Below, piece after piece: positions 18,514 through 28,262 of a DNA stretch of 64,000 nt. How positions within the stretch are numbered: the first letter of the stretch is position 1; every line of letters begins with the position of its first letter. This stretch comes from a virus (taxonomy: Duplodnaviria; Caudoviricetes). The position numbers were made by a program, and so were the translations under genes. Where the stretch lies: positions 50,544 to 114,543 of IMG/VR virus record IMGVR_UViG_2687453119_000006. One strand, written 5' to 3'. The notes below the pieces were generated by a model. That model saw only the letters and a list, made by a program, of their open reading frames with translations, was not told the DNA's origin and made no database searches.

Positions 18514-19977
18514 GTGAACAGCATAACCGAGGTCTCCCCCGAGGAGGCCGCGGCCGAAATCCTGCGTCGTAGGAGAGGCCGCGAACGCCTCATCGACTTC
18601 ACCGAGTACACGCTCCACAAATACTACGCCGACCCATTCCACCACATCGTGGCGGATGCGCTTGAGCGCGTCGAGCGAGGCGAATGCAAGCGCCTCATGA
18701 TCTTCGCGCCGCCGCGGCACGGCAAGAGCGAGCTGTCGACCCGCCGCTTCCCGGCGTGGTTCCTTGGACGCAATCCCGACAAGAACATCATCTCGGCGTC
18801 CTACAACGGCGACTTCGCCACCACCTTCGGCCGCGAAGTCCGCGGCATCGTCCGCAGCGCCGAGTACAATCGGCTATTCCCATCCGTCGCGATCCGGTCC
18901 GACAACCGCGCAGCAGACGAGTGGGAGCTGGAAGCCGGCGGCAAATACTTCGCAGTGGGCGTCGGCACCGGTACCACCGGTAAGGGCGCCAACCTCTTCC
19001 TGATCGACGACCCGATTAAGGATCGCAAAGAGGTCAAGTCGGCCAACTTCCGCCAGGACCAGTGGGACTGGTACCGAGACGTCGTCTACACCCGTCTTGA
19101 AGAGGATGCTGCAATCGTCCTCACGCTGACGCGGTGGCACTACGACGACATCGCCGGCCGCCTCATCGACATGATGAACGACGGCAAAGGTCTCCCGTGG
19201 GAGATCCTGCTGCTGCCGGCGCTCCCCGAGGTCAAATGGGCTGAGGGTGAGGACGGCGTCAAGCGCATGATCCTCAACGAGGACGGCACGGTCCCGGGCG
19301 ACCCGCTGCGGCGCAAGCCCAAGGAGCCGCTGGCGCCGAACCGCTTCTCCTACAACGCGCTGATGGACCGCTCCGAGGTTCTCGGCGAGCGCTCGTTCTC
19401 CGCGCTTTATCAGCAGAAGCCGATGGCCGACGACGGCGGCTTGTTCCGAGCCGAGTGGTTCGAGGCTCCGACCGAGCTTCCGGCCAAGCGCGTGCGCGTG
19501 CGCGCGTGGGACTTGGCGGCATCATCTGACGGCGACTGGACGGTCGGCGTCCTGATGTCGAAGGACAGCCAAGGCATTTTCTACATCGAGAACGTCATCC
19601 GCTTCCGCGGCTCGCCGCTGGAGGTCGAGAAGAAGATCTTCGAGACGGCCAGAAACGACGGCCGATCGGTCTCGATCGTAATCCCCCAAGACCCGGGCCA
19701 GGCCGGCAAGAGCCAGGCCCAGAACTTCATCCGCCGGCTCGCCGGCTACATCGTCAAGACACCGCGCCCCACTGGTTCGAAAGAGACCCGGGCTGCCGCA
19801 TTCGCTGCGCAGGCCGAGGGGAGAAACGTGAAGATGGTGGTGGGCAGTTGGAATGACTGCTTCACCGACGAATTGGAGACCTTCCCCCTTGGCGTCCATG
19901 ACGACCAGGTGGACGCGGCTTCCGATGCCTTCAACGAACTCCTCGGTCCACGCAAGGCGGCGATCCTTGACTGGTAA
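18514..19977 (+). CDS. terL: Terminase large subunit
   Basis: PPRHGKS Walker A, LIDDP Walker B, AWDLA and HDDQVDA nuclease motifs; GTG start chosen downstream of the tRNA. Confidence 0.95.
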   Translation: MNSITEVSPEEAAAEILRRRRGRERLIDFTEYTLHKYYADPFHHIVADALERVERGECKRLMIFAPPRHGKSELSTRRFPAWFLGRNPDKNIISASYNGDFATTFGREVRGIVRSAEYNRLFPSVAIRSDNRAADEWELEAGGKYFAVGVGTGTTGKGANLFLIDDPIKDRKEVKSANFRQDQWDWYRDVVYTRLEEDAAIVLTLTRWHYDDIAGRLIDMMNDGKGLPWEILLLPALPEVKWAEGEDGVKRMILNEDGTVPGDPLRRKPKEPLAPNRFSYNALMDRSEVLGERSFSALYQQKPMADDGGLFRAEWFEAPTELPAKRVRVRAWDLAASSDGDWTVGVLMSKDSQGIFYIENVIRFRGSPLEVEKKIFETARNDGRSVSIVIPQDPGQAGKSQAQNFIRRLAGYIVKTPRPTGSKETRAAAFAAQAEGRNVKMVVGSWNDCFTDELETFPLGVHDDQVDAASDAFNELLGPRKAAILDW

Positions 19978-19995
19978 CGTCAGGACCCATTTGAA

Positions 19996-21594
19996 ATGGC
20001 CGATACCCAACTGAAATACACCCCGTCTCCGAAGACGGGTAACCCCGGTGAATTGTCGTCCGCGGCAGTCACCATGCAGCAGCGCACGCGCATGCTGCGC
20101 GCGGTCTACGGCGGCACCGAAACGATGCGCGCCATGGACAAGGAGTTCCTTCCGCAATACGAAAAGGAGTCCGACGCCCGCTACAAGTCGCGCCTGGCCT
20201 CCACGTTCGCTCTCAACAAGCTCAGGGAGGCCGTGGATGCGGCTTCCGCAAAACCCTTCCGGACGCTGCTGAAGGTCAACAACGGCGATCCTGACCTCGA
20301 TACGTGGGTCCAGGACATCGATTTGCAGGGCAACCACCTGCACGTCTTCGCCCACCAGTTTTTCAACAACGCCATGCTCGACGGCATGTGCCACATCCTC
20401 GTCGATCATCCCGACACCTACAACATGAAGAGCCTGGCGCAGCAGAAGGCATCCGGCGCCCGGCCGTTCATGAAGATGTTCAAGGTCAACGACGTCGCCG
20501 CGGCCTACGACCAGTATGTCGGTGGCGACACCAAGACCGTCCACGTCCGCATCCGCAGCCAGCGCGCCGAGCGCGACGGCTTCAAGGAGGTGCTCTACAA
20601 CCAGATGCGGGTCATCGAGATCGACCCAACCAAGACCTCCGGCATCGTTCAACTCTGGGAGCAGAAGGCGACGTCGGGCGGCTCGAACTGGGACTTCATC
20701 GAAGAGGCGCCGCTCCAGAACATGGCCGAGGTTCCGTTCGTCACCATGTATGCCGGCGAAAAGGAAGCCGACTATCTGGTGCGCCCGGTCTTCATCGATC
20801 TCGCCTACAAGCAGATCGAGCACTGGATCTCCAGCTCTGATCAGCGGTCGATCCTGTCGGCCGCCCGGTTCCCGATGCTGGCGTGCTCCGGCGTCGTGAT
20901 CGATCCGGAAGACGAGAAGCAGTTCGCGATCGGCCCGTACAAGGTGCTCTACGCGCCTGAGGCAAATGGTCGCTGGTACTACGTCGAGCCGAAAGGCACG
21001 GCGATCGAGTCCGGCGCCAAGGATCTGAACACCCTCGAAATGCAGATGGACATGATGGCGCTCAACCCGGTCACGGGCACGCACCGTCAGTACGTTCCGC
21101 AGAACGAGCGCGACATCCAGGAGACGCGCGTCCACTCGGTCGTCCACGACATGGCCATCAACTGCCAGGACTCGATCGAGAAGGCGATCCTGTTCATGGG
21201 GCAGTGGACCAACAAGGACTACACCAAGGTCCAGGCGCTCCTGAACACCGAGTTCTCGAACACGAAGGACCGGCTCGCCGAGGTCGCGCAGCTGGTAAAG
21301 ATGTGGGAAGAGCGCGGTCTGTCGCGTCAGGCCCTGTTGACCGAGGTGAAGAACCGGAACCTGCTGGGTGACGACTTCGACATGACGCAGGAGCTGGCGC
21401 TGTGGGCCAAGGTTGACGAGCTGATGCAGTCCAACGACGGCATGATGCCGGGCCGCTGGACTCAGGCCGATCCTGCGAAGGCGCCGGCCGGCGGAGGTCA
21501 GACGAGCGGTGCGCCGGCTGCAAACAGCAACACCCCGTCACAGCCTTTGCCGGATTTCGGTCCGGGCCAGCTTCGGCCGAAAAAGCAAATCTGA
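19996..21594 (+). CDS. Portal protein (DUF4055-like)
   Basis: Position after TerL; GGT..MR.....LP....E....Y..RL N-terminus. Confidence 0.85.
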   Translation: MADTQLKYTPSPKTGNPGELSSAAVTMQQRTRMLRAVYGGTETMRAMDKEFLPQYEKESDARYKSRLASTFALNKLREAVDAASAKPFRTLLKVNNGDPDLDTWVQDIDLQGNHLHVFAHQFFNNAMLDGMCHILVDHPDTYNMKSLAQQKASGARPFMKMFKVNDVAAAYDQYVGGDTKTVHVRIRSQRAERDGFKEVLYNQMRVIEIDPTKTSGIVQLWEQKATSGGSNWDFIEEAPLQNMAEVPFVTMYAGEKEADYLVRPVFIDLAYKQIEHWISSSDQRSILSAARFPMLACSGVVIDPEDEKQFAIGPYKVLYAPEANGRWYYVEPKGTAIESGAKDLNTLEMQMDMMALNPVTGTHRQYVPQNERDIQETRVHSVVHDMAINCQDSIEKAILFMGQWTNKDYTKVQALLNTEFSNTKDRLAEVAQLVKMWEERGLSRQALLTEVKNRNLLGDDFDMTQELALWAKVDELMQSNDGMMPGRWTQADPAKAPAGGGQTSGAPAANSNTPSQPLPDFGPGQLRPKKQI

Positions 21595-21632
21595 TTGACT
21601 TGCGCAAATGCGCATGATAGCAGCGACGCCCC

Positions 21633-21941
21633 ATGGCCGAGATCCGTTTGGAACTGAAAGCTGAGACCTACTACTGCGAGCCCTGCTCACTGAAGCAAGG
21701 CACGCTGGTGCAGGAACTCGTCCGGATGATCCCTCGGTCCGTGGTGCTGTTCGATAAGCTGGTGGGTGACGAGTACTACTGCTGCCCGATCTGCTTCGAG
21801 CCGAAGTTTAACGTTCGTGGCAAAACCCGGGTAAAACATGGGAAATCTAGGGGAGAAGATCGACCGGTGGCTGCAGATCAGCCCGGAGAACCAGAGGCCG
21901 GCCCCCGAAAGCCCACCGGCCCAACCCTCGTCAAAGGCTGA
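21633..21941 (+). CDS. Putative zinc-ribbon protein
   Basis: Two CxxC pairs; TTGACT promoter-like element upstream. Confidence 0.5.
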   Translation: MAEIRLELKAETYYCEPCSLKQGTLVQELVRMIPRSVVLFDKLVGDEYYCCPICFEPKFNVRGKTRVKHGKSRGEDRPVAADQPGEPEAGPRKPTGPTLVKG

Positions 21942-22068
21942 GGAGAACCTGGAGCGGATCGCCAAGCATACGGCGGACATCCGCTACCTCGGCCTCCTCG
22001 ACGCCTTCATGCCCGTAATTGCCCTGGGCCTCATCTGGCTCGGGCTGCGCTGGCTCTTCAGCCACTGA
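21838..22068 (+). CDS. Possible small membrane protein overlapping the previous ORF
   Basis: C-terminal TM helix; the overlap makes one of the two calls uncertain. Confidence 0.35.
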   Translation: MGNLGEKIDRWLQISPENQRPAPESPPAQPSSKAEENLERIAKHTADIRYLGLLDAFMPVIALGLIWLGLRWLFSH

Positions 22069-22137
22069 CCCGTTTGCAGACCGTTTGCATGCCCGGACAA
22101 GGTGGGCTTGACAAAACCGCGGTACCGTGCTTATTCA

Positions 22138-22153
22138 TTTGCTTGAATGCAAA
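22138..22153. promoter_or_regulatory. Operator-like palindrome
   Basis: tttgcttgaatgcaaa just before RBS; TTGACA upstream. Confidence 0.6.
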
Positions 22154-22163
22154 TGGAGTGACC

Positions 22164-22481
22164 GTGCGGCTCTTCGAACGCAAAACCCTCGTCCAAGCCT
22201 TCAAATTGCCCCTCTGGGGCCAGTTTGCTGAGGAGGTTCCGCCCGCCTGGCTGGTCAAGCGCCTGCAATCGGGCGAGCTGACTATGAACAGCCTCGGCGG
22301 CATCACCATGGCGAACCGATGGGGGCACCAGCAGTGCGCTGCTGGCGACGTCGTCCTGCTCACCGAGCACGACACGATCGAGTTCTCGACACCCGAGGAG
22401 TTCGGGCTTCTCAGCGAGCCCAAGCCTCATCGCGATGAAGATGGCGCCTGCTCCCAGTGCGGCTTCGGCATCGACGACTGA
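22164..22481 (+). CDS. Phage hypothetical protein
   Basis: GGAG RBS and GTG start; followed by terminator. Confidence 0.6.
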   Translation: MRLFERKTLVQAFKLPLWGQFAEEVPPAWLVKRLQSGELTMNSLGGITMANRWGHQQCAAGDVVLLTEHDTIEFSTPEEFGLLSEPKPHRDEDGACSQCGFGIDD

Positions 22482-22506
22482 CCACCGACATTTCGTCCGT
22501 ACGTCA

Positions 22507-22540
22507 CCCGCTCAGGTTTGCCTGGGCGGGTTTTTGTTTT
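22507..22540 (+). terminator. Intrinsic terminator
   Basis: CCCGCTCAGG/CCTGGGCGGG stem plus T-run. Confidence 0.8.
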
Positions 22541-22719
22541 CCTCACTCCAACTTGCTCCCCGCCGGGACCAACATCTTGGCGGGGCTTTTTGCGACACGG
22601 GTTCGCGCTCCCGTCATTGGTCGAGCGCGATTTCGGCGGTCTCAGCTCGCATCCCGCACAAGACGAGCAGGGATACCCAAGAGCGCGCCGCACGCCCGCG
22701 CCGCCGCCGAACACTTTCT

Positions 22720-22796
22720 TGGCAAGTAGCTCAGATCGGTAGAGCGCCTCGCTGTTAACGAGGATGTCGCAGGTTCGAGTCCTGCCTTGCCAGCCA
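22720..22796 (+). tRNA. tRNA-Asn(GTT)
   Basis: Full cloverleaf, U1-A72, G discriminator, CCA. Confidence 0.95.
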
Positions 22797-23015
22797 GTCT
22801 CTCCTGCCACGAGTAGGCAGAGCATACAGGGCCGCTCAGCGGTCCCAGCCAATTCGCCAGCACTGATCAACCGAGCGCCGGGACGGCCTCGAACGACGAT
22901 CTGTGCCGGCAAACCTGATTCCCCGGTCCTCGGGGATATCGCCGGCCCATCGAGCGGGATGCTTGACGGGCCTTTTATCACGAGGGGCGGGATGCCCCGC
23001 ATTTCCGGGATGGAT

Positions 23016-23903
23016 ATGCTTAAAGCAGTCGTAACTGATCTCAATGAACTCGATGAGGGCCTCCGCGGCTACTACGTGCAGAAGGACGGCAAGTTCTTCC
23101 TGAACGTGACGCCGGTCGACGGTTTCCAACTCGACAACACCCAGGGCCTGAAGACGGCGCTCGGTGCGGAACGCAACAACGTTTCCGTGCTCCAGGCGCA
23201 GCTCAAGCCCTACGAAGGCCTCGACGTCGCCGCGGCTCGCACCGCGCTCGAACGCATCACCGCCTTCGGAGACATCACGCCGGAAGCCGCGAAGACCGCG
23301 GTCGAAACGGCGGCTCGACTGACTGCACTCGATCCCGAGAAGCAGGCCGAGCAGATCGCCAACACCAAGCTCGAAACCATCAAGGGCCAACTCTCCGCTC
23401 AGTACGGACTGAAGGAGACCGAGTGGACCACGAAGGTCAAGGGTCTGGAGGACGCGAATGCCAGCCTGGTGGGGCAGCTGAAGACCATCATGGGCGAAAG
23501 CCTGATCAAGTCGGAAGTCGCCAAAGCCAACCCCCTGGACGACGCGCGGGATGCCGTTGAACTCCTGGTGGGCAAGTTCGTCCGCACGTCCATGAAGGAC
23601 GGCAAGGTCGTCACCGAAGTGATCGACACGAACGGCAACCCCCGCATCAAGGACGTGAACGGCACCCCGTTCACGGTCGCCGATCTCGTCGCCGAGATCC
23701 GCGAGAAATCCGCGTCGCTCTTCAAGCCCGAAGAGAAGCGTGGACTGGGGACCAACCCCGGAAGCCACAGCGCTGCGCCGGCCGGCGGGGTCGTGAACCC
23801 CTGGGCCGCGGAGACGCGCAACATCACCCAGCAAATGGTGCTGGAAAACACCAAACCTGAACTGGCCAAGCAGCTCAAGGCTGCAGCCGGCGTCAAGGAC
23901 TAA
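23016..23903 (+). CDS. Capsid scaffolding protein
   Basis: Coiled coil, MLKAVV..L.EL.E.LR..Y..KDGKF start, NPW C-terminal motif; precedes capsid gene. Confidence 0.8.
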   Translation: MLKAVVTDLNELDEGLRGYYVQKDGKFFLNVTPVDGFQLDNTQGLKTALGAERNNVSVLQAQLKPYEGLDVAAARTALERITAFGDITPEAAKTAVETAARLTALDPEKQAEQIANTKLETIKGQLSAQYGLKETEWTTKVKGLEDANASLVGQLKTIMGESLIKSEVAKANPLDDARDAVELLVGKFVRTSMKDGKVVTEVIDTNGNPRIKDVNGTPFTVADLVAEIREKSASLFKPEEKRGLGTNPGSHSAAPAGGVVNPWAAETRNITQQMVLENTKPELAKQLKAAAGVKD

Positions 23904-23955
23904 ACACCCAAAACGCTCATTCATTCCGACGCCGGGACGTTCTGCGCCCCCGGCG

Positions 23956-23971
23956 TTTGCGTGAATGCAAA
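23956..23971. promoter_or_regulatory. Operator-like palindrome upstream of the capsid gene
   Basis: tttgcgtgaatgcaaa. Confidence 0.6.
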
Positions 23972-24020
23972 AAGCTGCTCCCAAGAGAGCAAAGGCCAGT
24001 CATAACCTCAAGAGTGAGAA

Positions 24021-25001
24021 ATGACTGAGACTCGTCTCGCGGACATGATCGTCCCGACCAAGTTCAACAAGTACGTTCAGACGCTTTCGACCCAGAAGTC
24101 GGAGCTGTTCACGTCGGGCATCATCACCGACCTGACCAGCGTCATCGACTCGGAGATCGAGGGCAAGACGGTCAACATGCCGTTCTTCAACGACCTCGAC
24201 GCGAGCGACTCCGAGCAGGTGCTCGACGACTCGACCGACCTCACCGTTGGCAAGATGACGACCGGCCAGGACGTGGCCGTGAAGCTTCTGCGCGGTAAGG
24301 CGTTCGGTACGTCCGACCTCGCTGCGGACCTGTCGGGCGCGGACCCGATCGACGCGATCGCCAACCGTTTCGCCGACTGGTGGAACAAGCGTATGCAGAC
24401 CGCTCTGCTCTCGACCCTCTCGGGCGCGATGGGCGCGGCCTCCATGGCGGCCAACGTCAACGACATCTCCGGCCTGACCGGCGGTGCGCAGTACTTCGAC
24501 GCCGACTCCTTCATCGACTCGGCCTTCTTGCTCGGTGACGAGCAGGGCGGTCTGACCGGTGTCGCGGTCCACTCGCTGACCCTGAAGGCGATGGTCAAGG
24601 CTGACCTGATCGACTTCGTGCCCGACAGCCAGGGCAAGCTGACCATCCCGACCTACCTCGGCAAGTCCGTGCTGGTCGACGACAGCATGCCGGTGAGCGG
24701 CGCGGGCGCGACCCGCATCTTCACCACCTACATCTTCGGCCCCGGCGCCATCGGCTTCGGCGAGAAGTCGCCCAAGGTGCCGGTGGAAGTCGAGCGCCAG
24801 GCTCTGAAGGGCATGGGCCAGGAGTACATCGTCAACCGCCGGCAGTGGGTCATGCATCCCCGCGGCGTGAAGTGGCTGGGCGGCACCCAGGCCGGCGTGA
24901 CGCCGTCCAACGCCGAGCTGGCGACCGCGACGAACTGGCAGCGCGTCTATGACGCGAAGCTCGTCCGCATCGTGGCCTTCAAGCACATGCTGGCCTCCTA
25001 A
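24021..25001 (+). CDS. Major capsid protein
   Basis: T.LAD.IVP..F..Y, NMPFFNDL, DP.DAIA, HPRGVKW, NWQRVY patterns; strong codon bias; terminator follows. Confidence 0.9.
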   Translation: MTETRLADMIVPTKFNKYVQTLSTQKSELFTSGIITDLTSVIDSEIEGKTVNMPFFNDLDASDSEQVLDDSTDLTVGKMTTGQDVAVKLLRGKAFGTSDLAADLSGADPIDAIANRFADWWNKRMQTALLSTLSGAMGAASMAANVNDISGLTGGAQYFDADSFIDSAFLLGDEQGGLTGVAVHSLTLKAMVKADLIDFVPDSQGKLTIPTYLGKSVLVDDSMPVSGAGATRIFTTYIFGPGAIGFGEKSPKVPVEVERQALKGMGQEYIVNRRQWVMHPRGVKWLGGTQAGVTPSNAELATATNWQRVYDAKLVRIVAFKHMLAS

Positions 25002-25035
25002 TCGTCTGACGACGGTTAGAGCCTGAAACACAAGA

Positions 25036-25065
25036 CCCTCCTCGGGAAACCGGGGAGGGCTCTTT
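25036..25065 (+). terminator. Hairpin/terminator after the capsid gene
   Basis: 10-bp stem with GAAA loop, short T-run. Confidence 0.65.
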
Positions 25066-25083
25066 GTGACTCTGGAGACAATC

Positions 25084-25548
25084 ATGTTTGGAACGAAAGG
25101 CTACAAAGTGCGCGAAGCAGCTGCGTACCGCAAGAACCGCGTACAGCGACTGGTCTCGGAAGAGGTCAGGGCCGCTCGTTTCGCCAACTTGCACGGCAAT
25201 GCCGAGCCGAAGGCGGCGGAGCACGATCGCAAGGATCATGCCCATAAGCCGCGTGTTCACGCGCACGGCGAAGTGACCGCTCAGGTGGAGCCGGTCGAGA
25301 CGCCGGCTGGTGAGCCGGAAGTGCAGGCTCAGCAGGGCGAACAGTCGGAGCAGGCCGAACCGGCCGCTGGCGAGAATTCCGACGCTGGCGATCAGCCCGT
25401 CGAGCCGGAAGCCGACGCTGACGAAGAGGCGAAGGAAGCTGCCGCCAAGGAAGCCGAGCGGGTCGCTGCCGAGAAGGCCGCTGCCAAGGAAGCCGCCAAG
25501 GCTGCTGCGAAGGCTGCCGCCAAGGCCAAGGCCGCTGCCAAGAAGTAA
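25084..25548 (+). CDS. Hypothetical protein with acidic middle and Ala/Lys-rich tail
   Basis: GGAG RBS; AAK repeats. Confidence 0.7.
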   Translation: MFGTKGYKVREAAAYRKNRVQRLVSEEVRAARFANLHGNAEPKAAEHDRKDHAHKPRVHAHGEVTAQVEPVETPAGEPEVQAQQGEQSEQAEPAAGENSDAGDQPVEPEADADEEAKEAAAKEAERVAAEKAAAKEAAKAAAKAAAKAKAAAKK

Positions 25549-25557
25549 GGAATTGTG

Positions 25558-25974
25558 ATGGGCTACGCCAGCAAGGAAGACATCGACAAGCTGTACGGCA
25601 CCGATCTCCTAGTTCGCGTGGCCGATTACAACAAGGACGGCACCCCGGACCCCGACGTCATCGAGCGCGGTCTGGAGGCTGCCGACGAGATCTGCGACGC
25701 CTATCTGTCGGCTCAGTACACCATACCGGTCGTGCCGACGCCGGGTGTTGTGAAGAACTGCGCGATCGACATCGCCGTCTACAAGATGGCGCTCGGCCGC
25801 GGCAGCCGCACCGACGAAATGCGGCTCCGGTACGAAGATGCTCTGGCGCTGCTGGAGAAGATCTCGACCGGCAAGGTCGGTCTCGGCCTTCCTCCTGTTA
25901 CCGGAGAGGACGGAACGACGATTGACCCGAACACGAAGCGGAGCGGACGGTCGTTCGACTGCGGGCGGGCGTAA
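25558..25974 (+). CDS. Head-tail connector, Mu gp36/DUF1320-like
   Basis: YAS..D....YG, DAYL...Y..P, DIAVY.....RYEDA...L..I..GK. Confidence 0.85.
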   Translation: MGYASKEDIDKLYGTDLLVRVADYNKDGTPDPDVIERGLEAADEICDAYLSAQYTIPVVPTPGVVKNCAIDIAVYKMALGRGSRTDEMRLRYEDALALLEKISTGKVGLGLPPVTGEDGTTIDPNTKRSGRSFDCGRA

Positions 25975-26456
25975 TGCCAAGCCTCAGCGTTCGCGTCGAC
26001 CAGGCGACACTCGCGCGGGTCCACAAGCGTCTCGCCACACTGCTGCAGCAGGCGACAAATCTCGAGCCCGTGATGCGCGAAGCCGCGCAGTACATGCTCA
26101 ATTCGACGGTCAACCGCATCAAGCGCACCCGGACCGCTCCGGACGGCGAACGATGGGCTGCCCTGTCAGACATCACCGCCCAGCTCAAGGGCCACGACCG
26201 GCCACTGTTTCAGTCCGGCGGGCTGCTCGGCGGCATCCGGATCGCCGACATCAGCAGCGACGGCTTCATGATCACCTCGGACGCCCCGCATTCGTCCTAC
26301 ATGCAGCGCGGCGTCAAGAAAATGAGAGGCGCCTTCAAGTCAAAGCGCCCATTCCCACAAGTTCCAGCCCGTCCGTTCATGGGCTTTTCGGACGAGAACG
26401 TCCGGCGCATCGGCAAGATGCTGCGTGACCACATCAAGAAGGGAGGCGGCGAATGA
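25974..26456 (+). CDS. Phage virion morphogenesis protein
   Basis: PDG..WA.LS and PARPFMG motifs. Confidence 0.85.
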   Translation: MPSLSVRVDQATLARVHKRLATLLQQATNLEPVMREAAQYMLNSTVNRIKRTRTAPDGERWAALSDITAQLKGHDRPLFQSGGLLGGIRIADISSDGFMITSDAPHSSYMQRGVKKMRGAFKSKRPFPQVPARPFMGFSDENVRRIGKMLRDHIKKGGGE

Positions 26457-27034
26457 GCAAGATCGTCGCTTTCCGCGACAACATCATCGACGCGATCAAG
26501 GAGCTGATCCCTGATCTGGACGTCGAATGGTACGACGGCCTGTTCGACGAACACGATATCGCGGACTGGGTGCTCAAGACGCCCTGCGCGCGCGTGGCCG
26601 TGATGAACGTGCCAACCAACCATCTCTCGACCGGCGAGCTGAACGCGCACCTCCGGGTGGTCGTTGTCATCGTCGACGAGAACCGAGCTGTCGATCGCGA
26701 CGGGGACGCCCGTGCCTGGGAGTTCGTCGAGCAGATCGCTGTCTGGGCTAACCTCAATCAGTTCGGCAACCCCGACGCTGCGCCGGCCACGAATGTCAAG
26801 TTCCAGCGGCTCAGCCAGCCGGTCCTGCGGCGCGAAGGCGTCTCGGTCGGCGTGGTCGAGTGGCTGAGCAACCTCACGATCGGCGTGAACCGTGCGCGGC
26901 AGCGCGACATGGCGTTCCACCTCGGCCTCCCGGTCGAGAAGATGCCGCTCACCACGGTCGTCACCAGCAGCGACATCCACCAAGGGGATCGTCACCTGTT
27001 CGAGAGCGAGGACGTAACACCGGAAGAAGAATAA
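26453..27034 (+). CDS. Tail completion/terminator-like protein
   Basis: Synteny between morphogenesis and spike genes; coupled overlaps. Confidence 0.55.
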   Translation: MSKIVAFRDNIIDAIKELIPDLDVEWYDGLFDEHDIADWVLKTPCARVAVMNVPTNHLSTGELNAHLRVVVVIVDENRAVDRDGDARAWEFVEQIAVWANLNQFGNPDAAPATNVKFQRLSQPVLRREGVSVGVVEWLSNLTIGVNRARQRDMAFHLGLPVEKMPLTTVVTSSDIHQGDRHLFESEDVTPEEE

Positions 27035-28251
27035 TGCGCGCACTGCACGCCATTGAGCGACGACTCCAGGACATGGAGCGCAAGTTCCAGAACAAGGAGC
27101 GCCTCGGCAGGATTGTCGACGTCAAGTTCGAGAACCAGCGCTGGTTCGTGAAGATGAACGACGGCGAGGATCAAACGCCGAGTGGATCTGGCGGGCAGGG
27201 CGGCAGCGGTCGCACCTTCAAGAGCGACTGGATGCCGTGGAAGAGCTTCTCCCACGGCACCATCAAGATGTCGGTCCCACCGAAGAAGGGCATGCAAGTC
27301 CTGATGCGGTCGGTCGCCGGCATGCCCGAGCTGGCCACCGTCGAGCCTCACCACTACGGGCCGGACACTCCTTCGCCTCACGGCAAGGAGGACGAGGTCG
27401 TCAAGCTGATCGAAGACGAAGATCAGCAGAACGGAGGGCAGGACGGAGAGGGCGATGGCGCTGAGGCCGGCGGAGAGTCCGGCGGCGAAGAAGGCGGCGA
27501 CAAGAGGTGGAATCACTGGCTGCGTGAGACCAAAGACACGCACCACCTGATCATCCGCAAGAAGGATGATCAGCAGCAGGACGACAGCCAAGACCAGACC
27601 TCGCCGGAAGCCGGCGGAGGTGGTGGCGGCGAACTGGACGCCATGAACTCGAAAGGCGGCCAGCGCAAACAGAAGTCCCGCAAGATCCCGGAGGTCGAGG
27701 AGGATGGCGACGACGACACCACGCAGGTGAAGTCAACGAAGGAATACATCCTCAAAACGGTCGGCAAGAAGAAGTCCTACTACCGGCAGGACGGCGAGAA
27801 GGTCCACATCCGCTACGGCGATCAGGACGAGAAAGCCGACATCCTGATGGATGAGAACCAGGTCAAGATCCAGTTCAAGGACAAAAAGGCCATGGTGAAG
27901 TGGACCGAGGAAGACCTCACGGTCCAGTTCGGCGAGGACGAGAACGCCAAGATGGTGATGACCGACGAGGACATCACGATCACTCAGGGCGGCGAAGACG
28001 CCTCGAAGATCTTCATCACCGACCACGAGATCGTCGTTTCGCAAGGCGACGACGCTTCGCGCGTCACGATCCAGCAAGACTACGTCGAAGTGAAGGGCGC
28101 CACTGAGTGCTCCTGCGGCGTGGATGGTCGCTGGGTCTACATCAACCAAGGCCGGGTCAACCTCGGCGTCTCTGGTCCCAAGGAAATGGCCGACAAACGA
28201 GTGATGACCGAGGCCGGTCCCTCGCAGGTGGTCTGGGCCAAGATCGGATAA
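27034..28251 (+). CDS. Baseplate spike, GpV-like, with acidic Gly-rich insertions
   Basis: R.GRIVDV...SDWMPW...PP..G.QV OB-fold pattern and repeated short beta-strands. Confidence 0.75.
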   Translation: MRALHAIERRLQDMERKFQNKERLGRIVDVKFENQRWFVKMNDGEDQTPSGSGGQGGSGRTFKSDWMPWKSFSHGTIKMSVPPKKGMQVLMRSVAGMPELATVEPHHYGPDTPSPHGKEDEVVKLIEDEDQQNGGQDGEGDGAEAGGESGGEEGGDKRWNHWLRETKDTHHLIIRKKDDQQQDDSQDQTSPEAGGGGGGELDAMNSKGGQRKQKSRKIPEVEEDGDDDTTQVKSTKEYILKTVGKKKSYYRQDGEKVHIRYGDQDEKADILMDENQVKIQFKDKKAMVKWTEEDLTVQFGEDENAKMVMTDEDITITQGGEDASKIFITDHEIVVSQGDDASRVTIQQDYVEVKGATECSCGVDGRWVYINQGRVNLGVSGPKEMADKRVMTEAGPSQVVWAKIG

Positions 28252-28262
28252 GAGAGAGAACA

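Noticed and set aside
13263-22796. tRNAs as prophage attachment sites
   Set aside because: They are internal to the structural region; no duplicated 3' tRNA fragment or integrase found
22764-23015. N-terminal extension of the scaffold ORF
   Set aside because: Overlaps tRNA-Asn and a structured leader; protein-like sequence begins at 23016
25430-25545. GCC-AAG-rich repeats as a DNA-level element
   Set aside because: Explained by the Ala/Lys-rich protein tail
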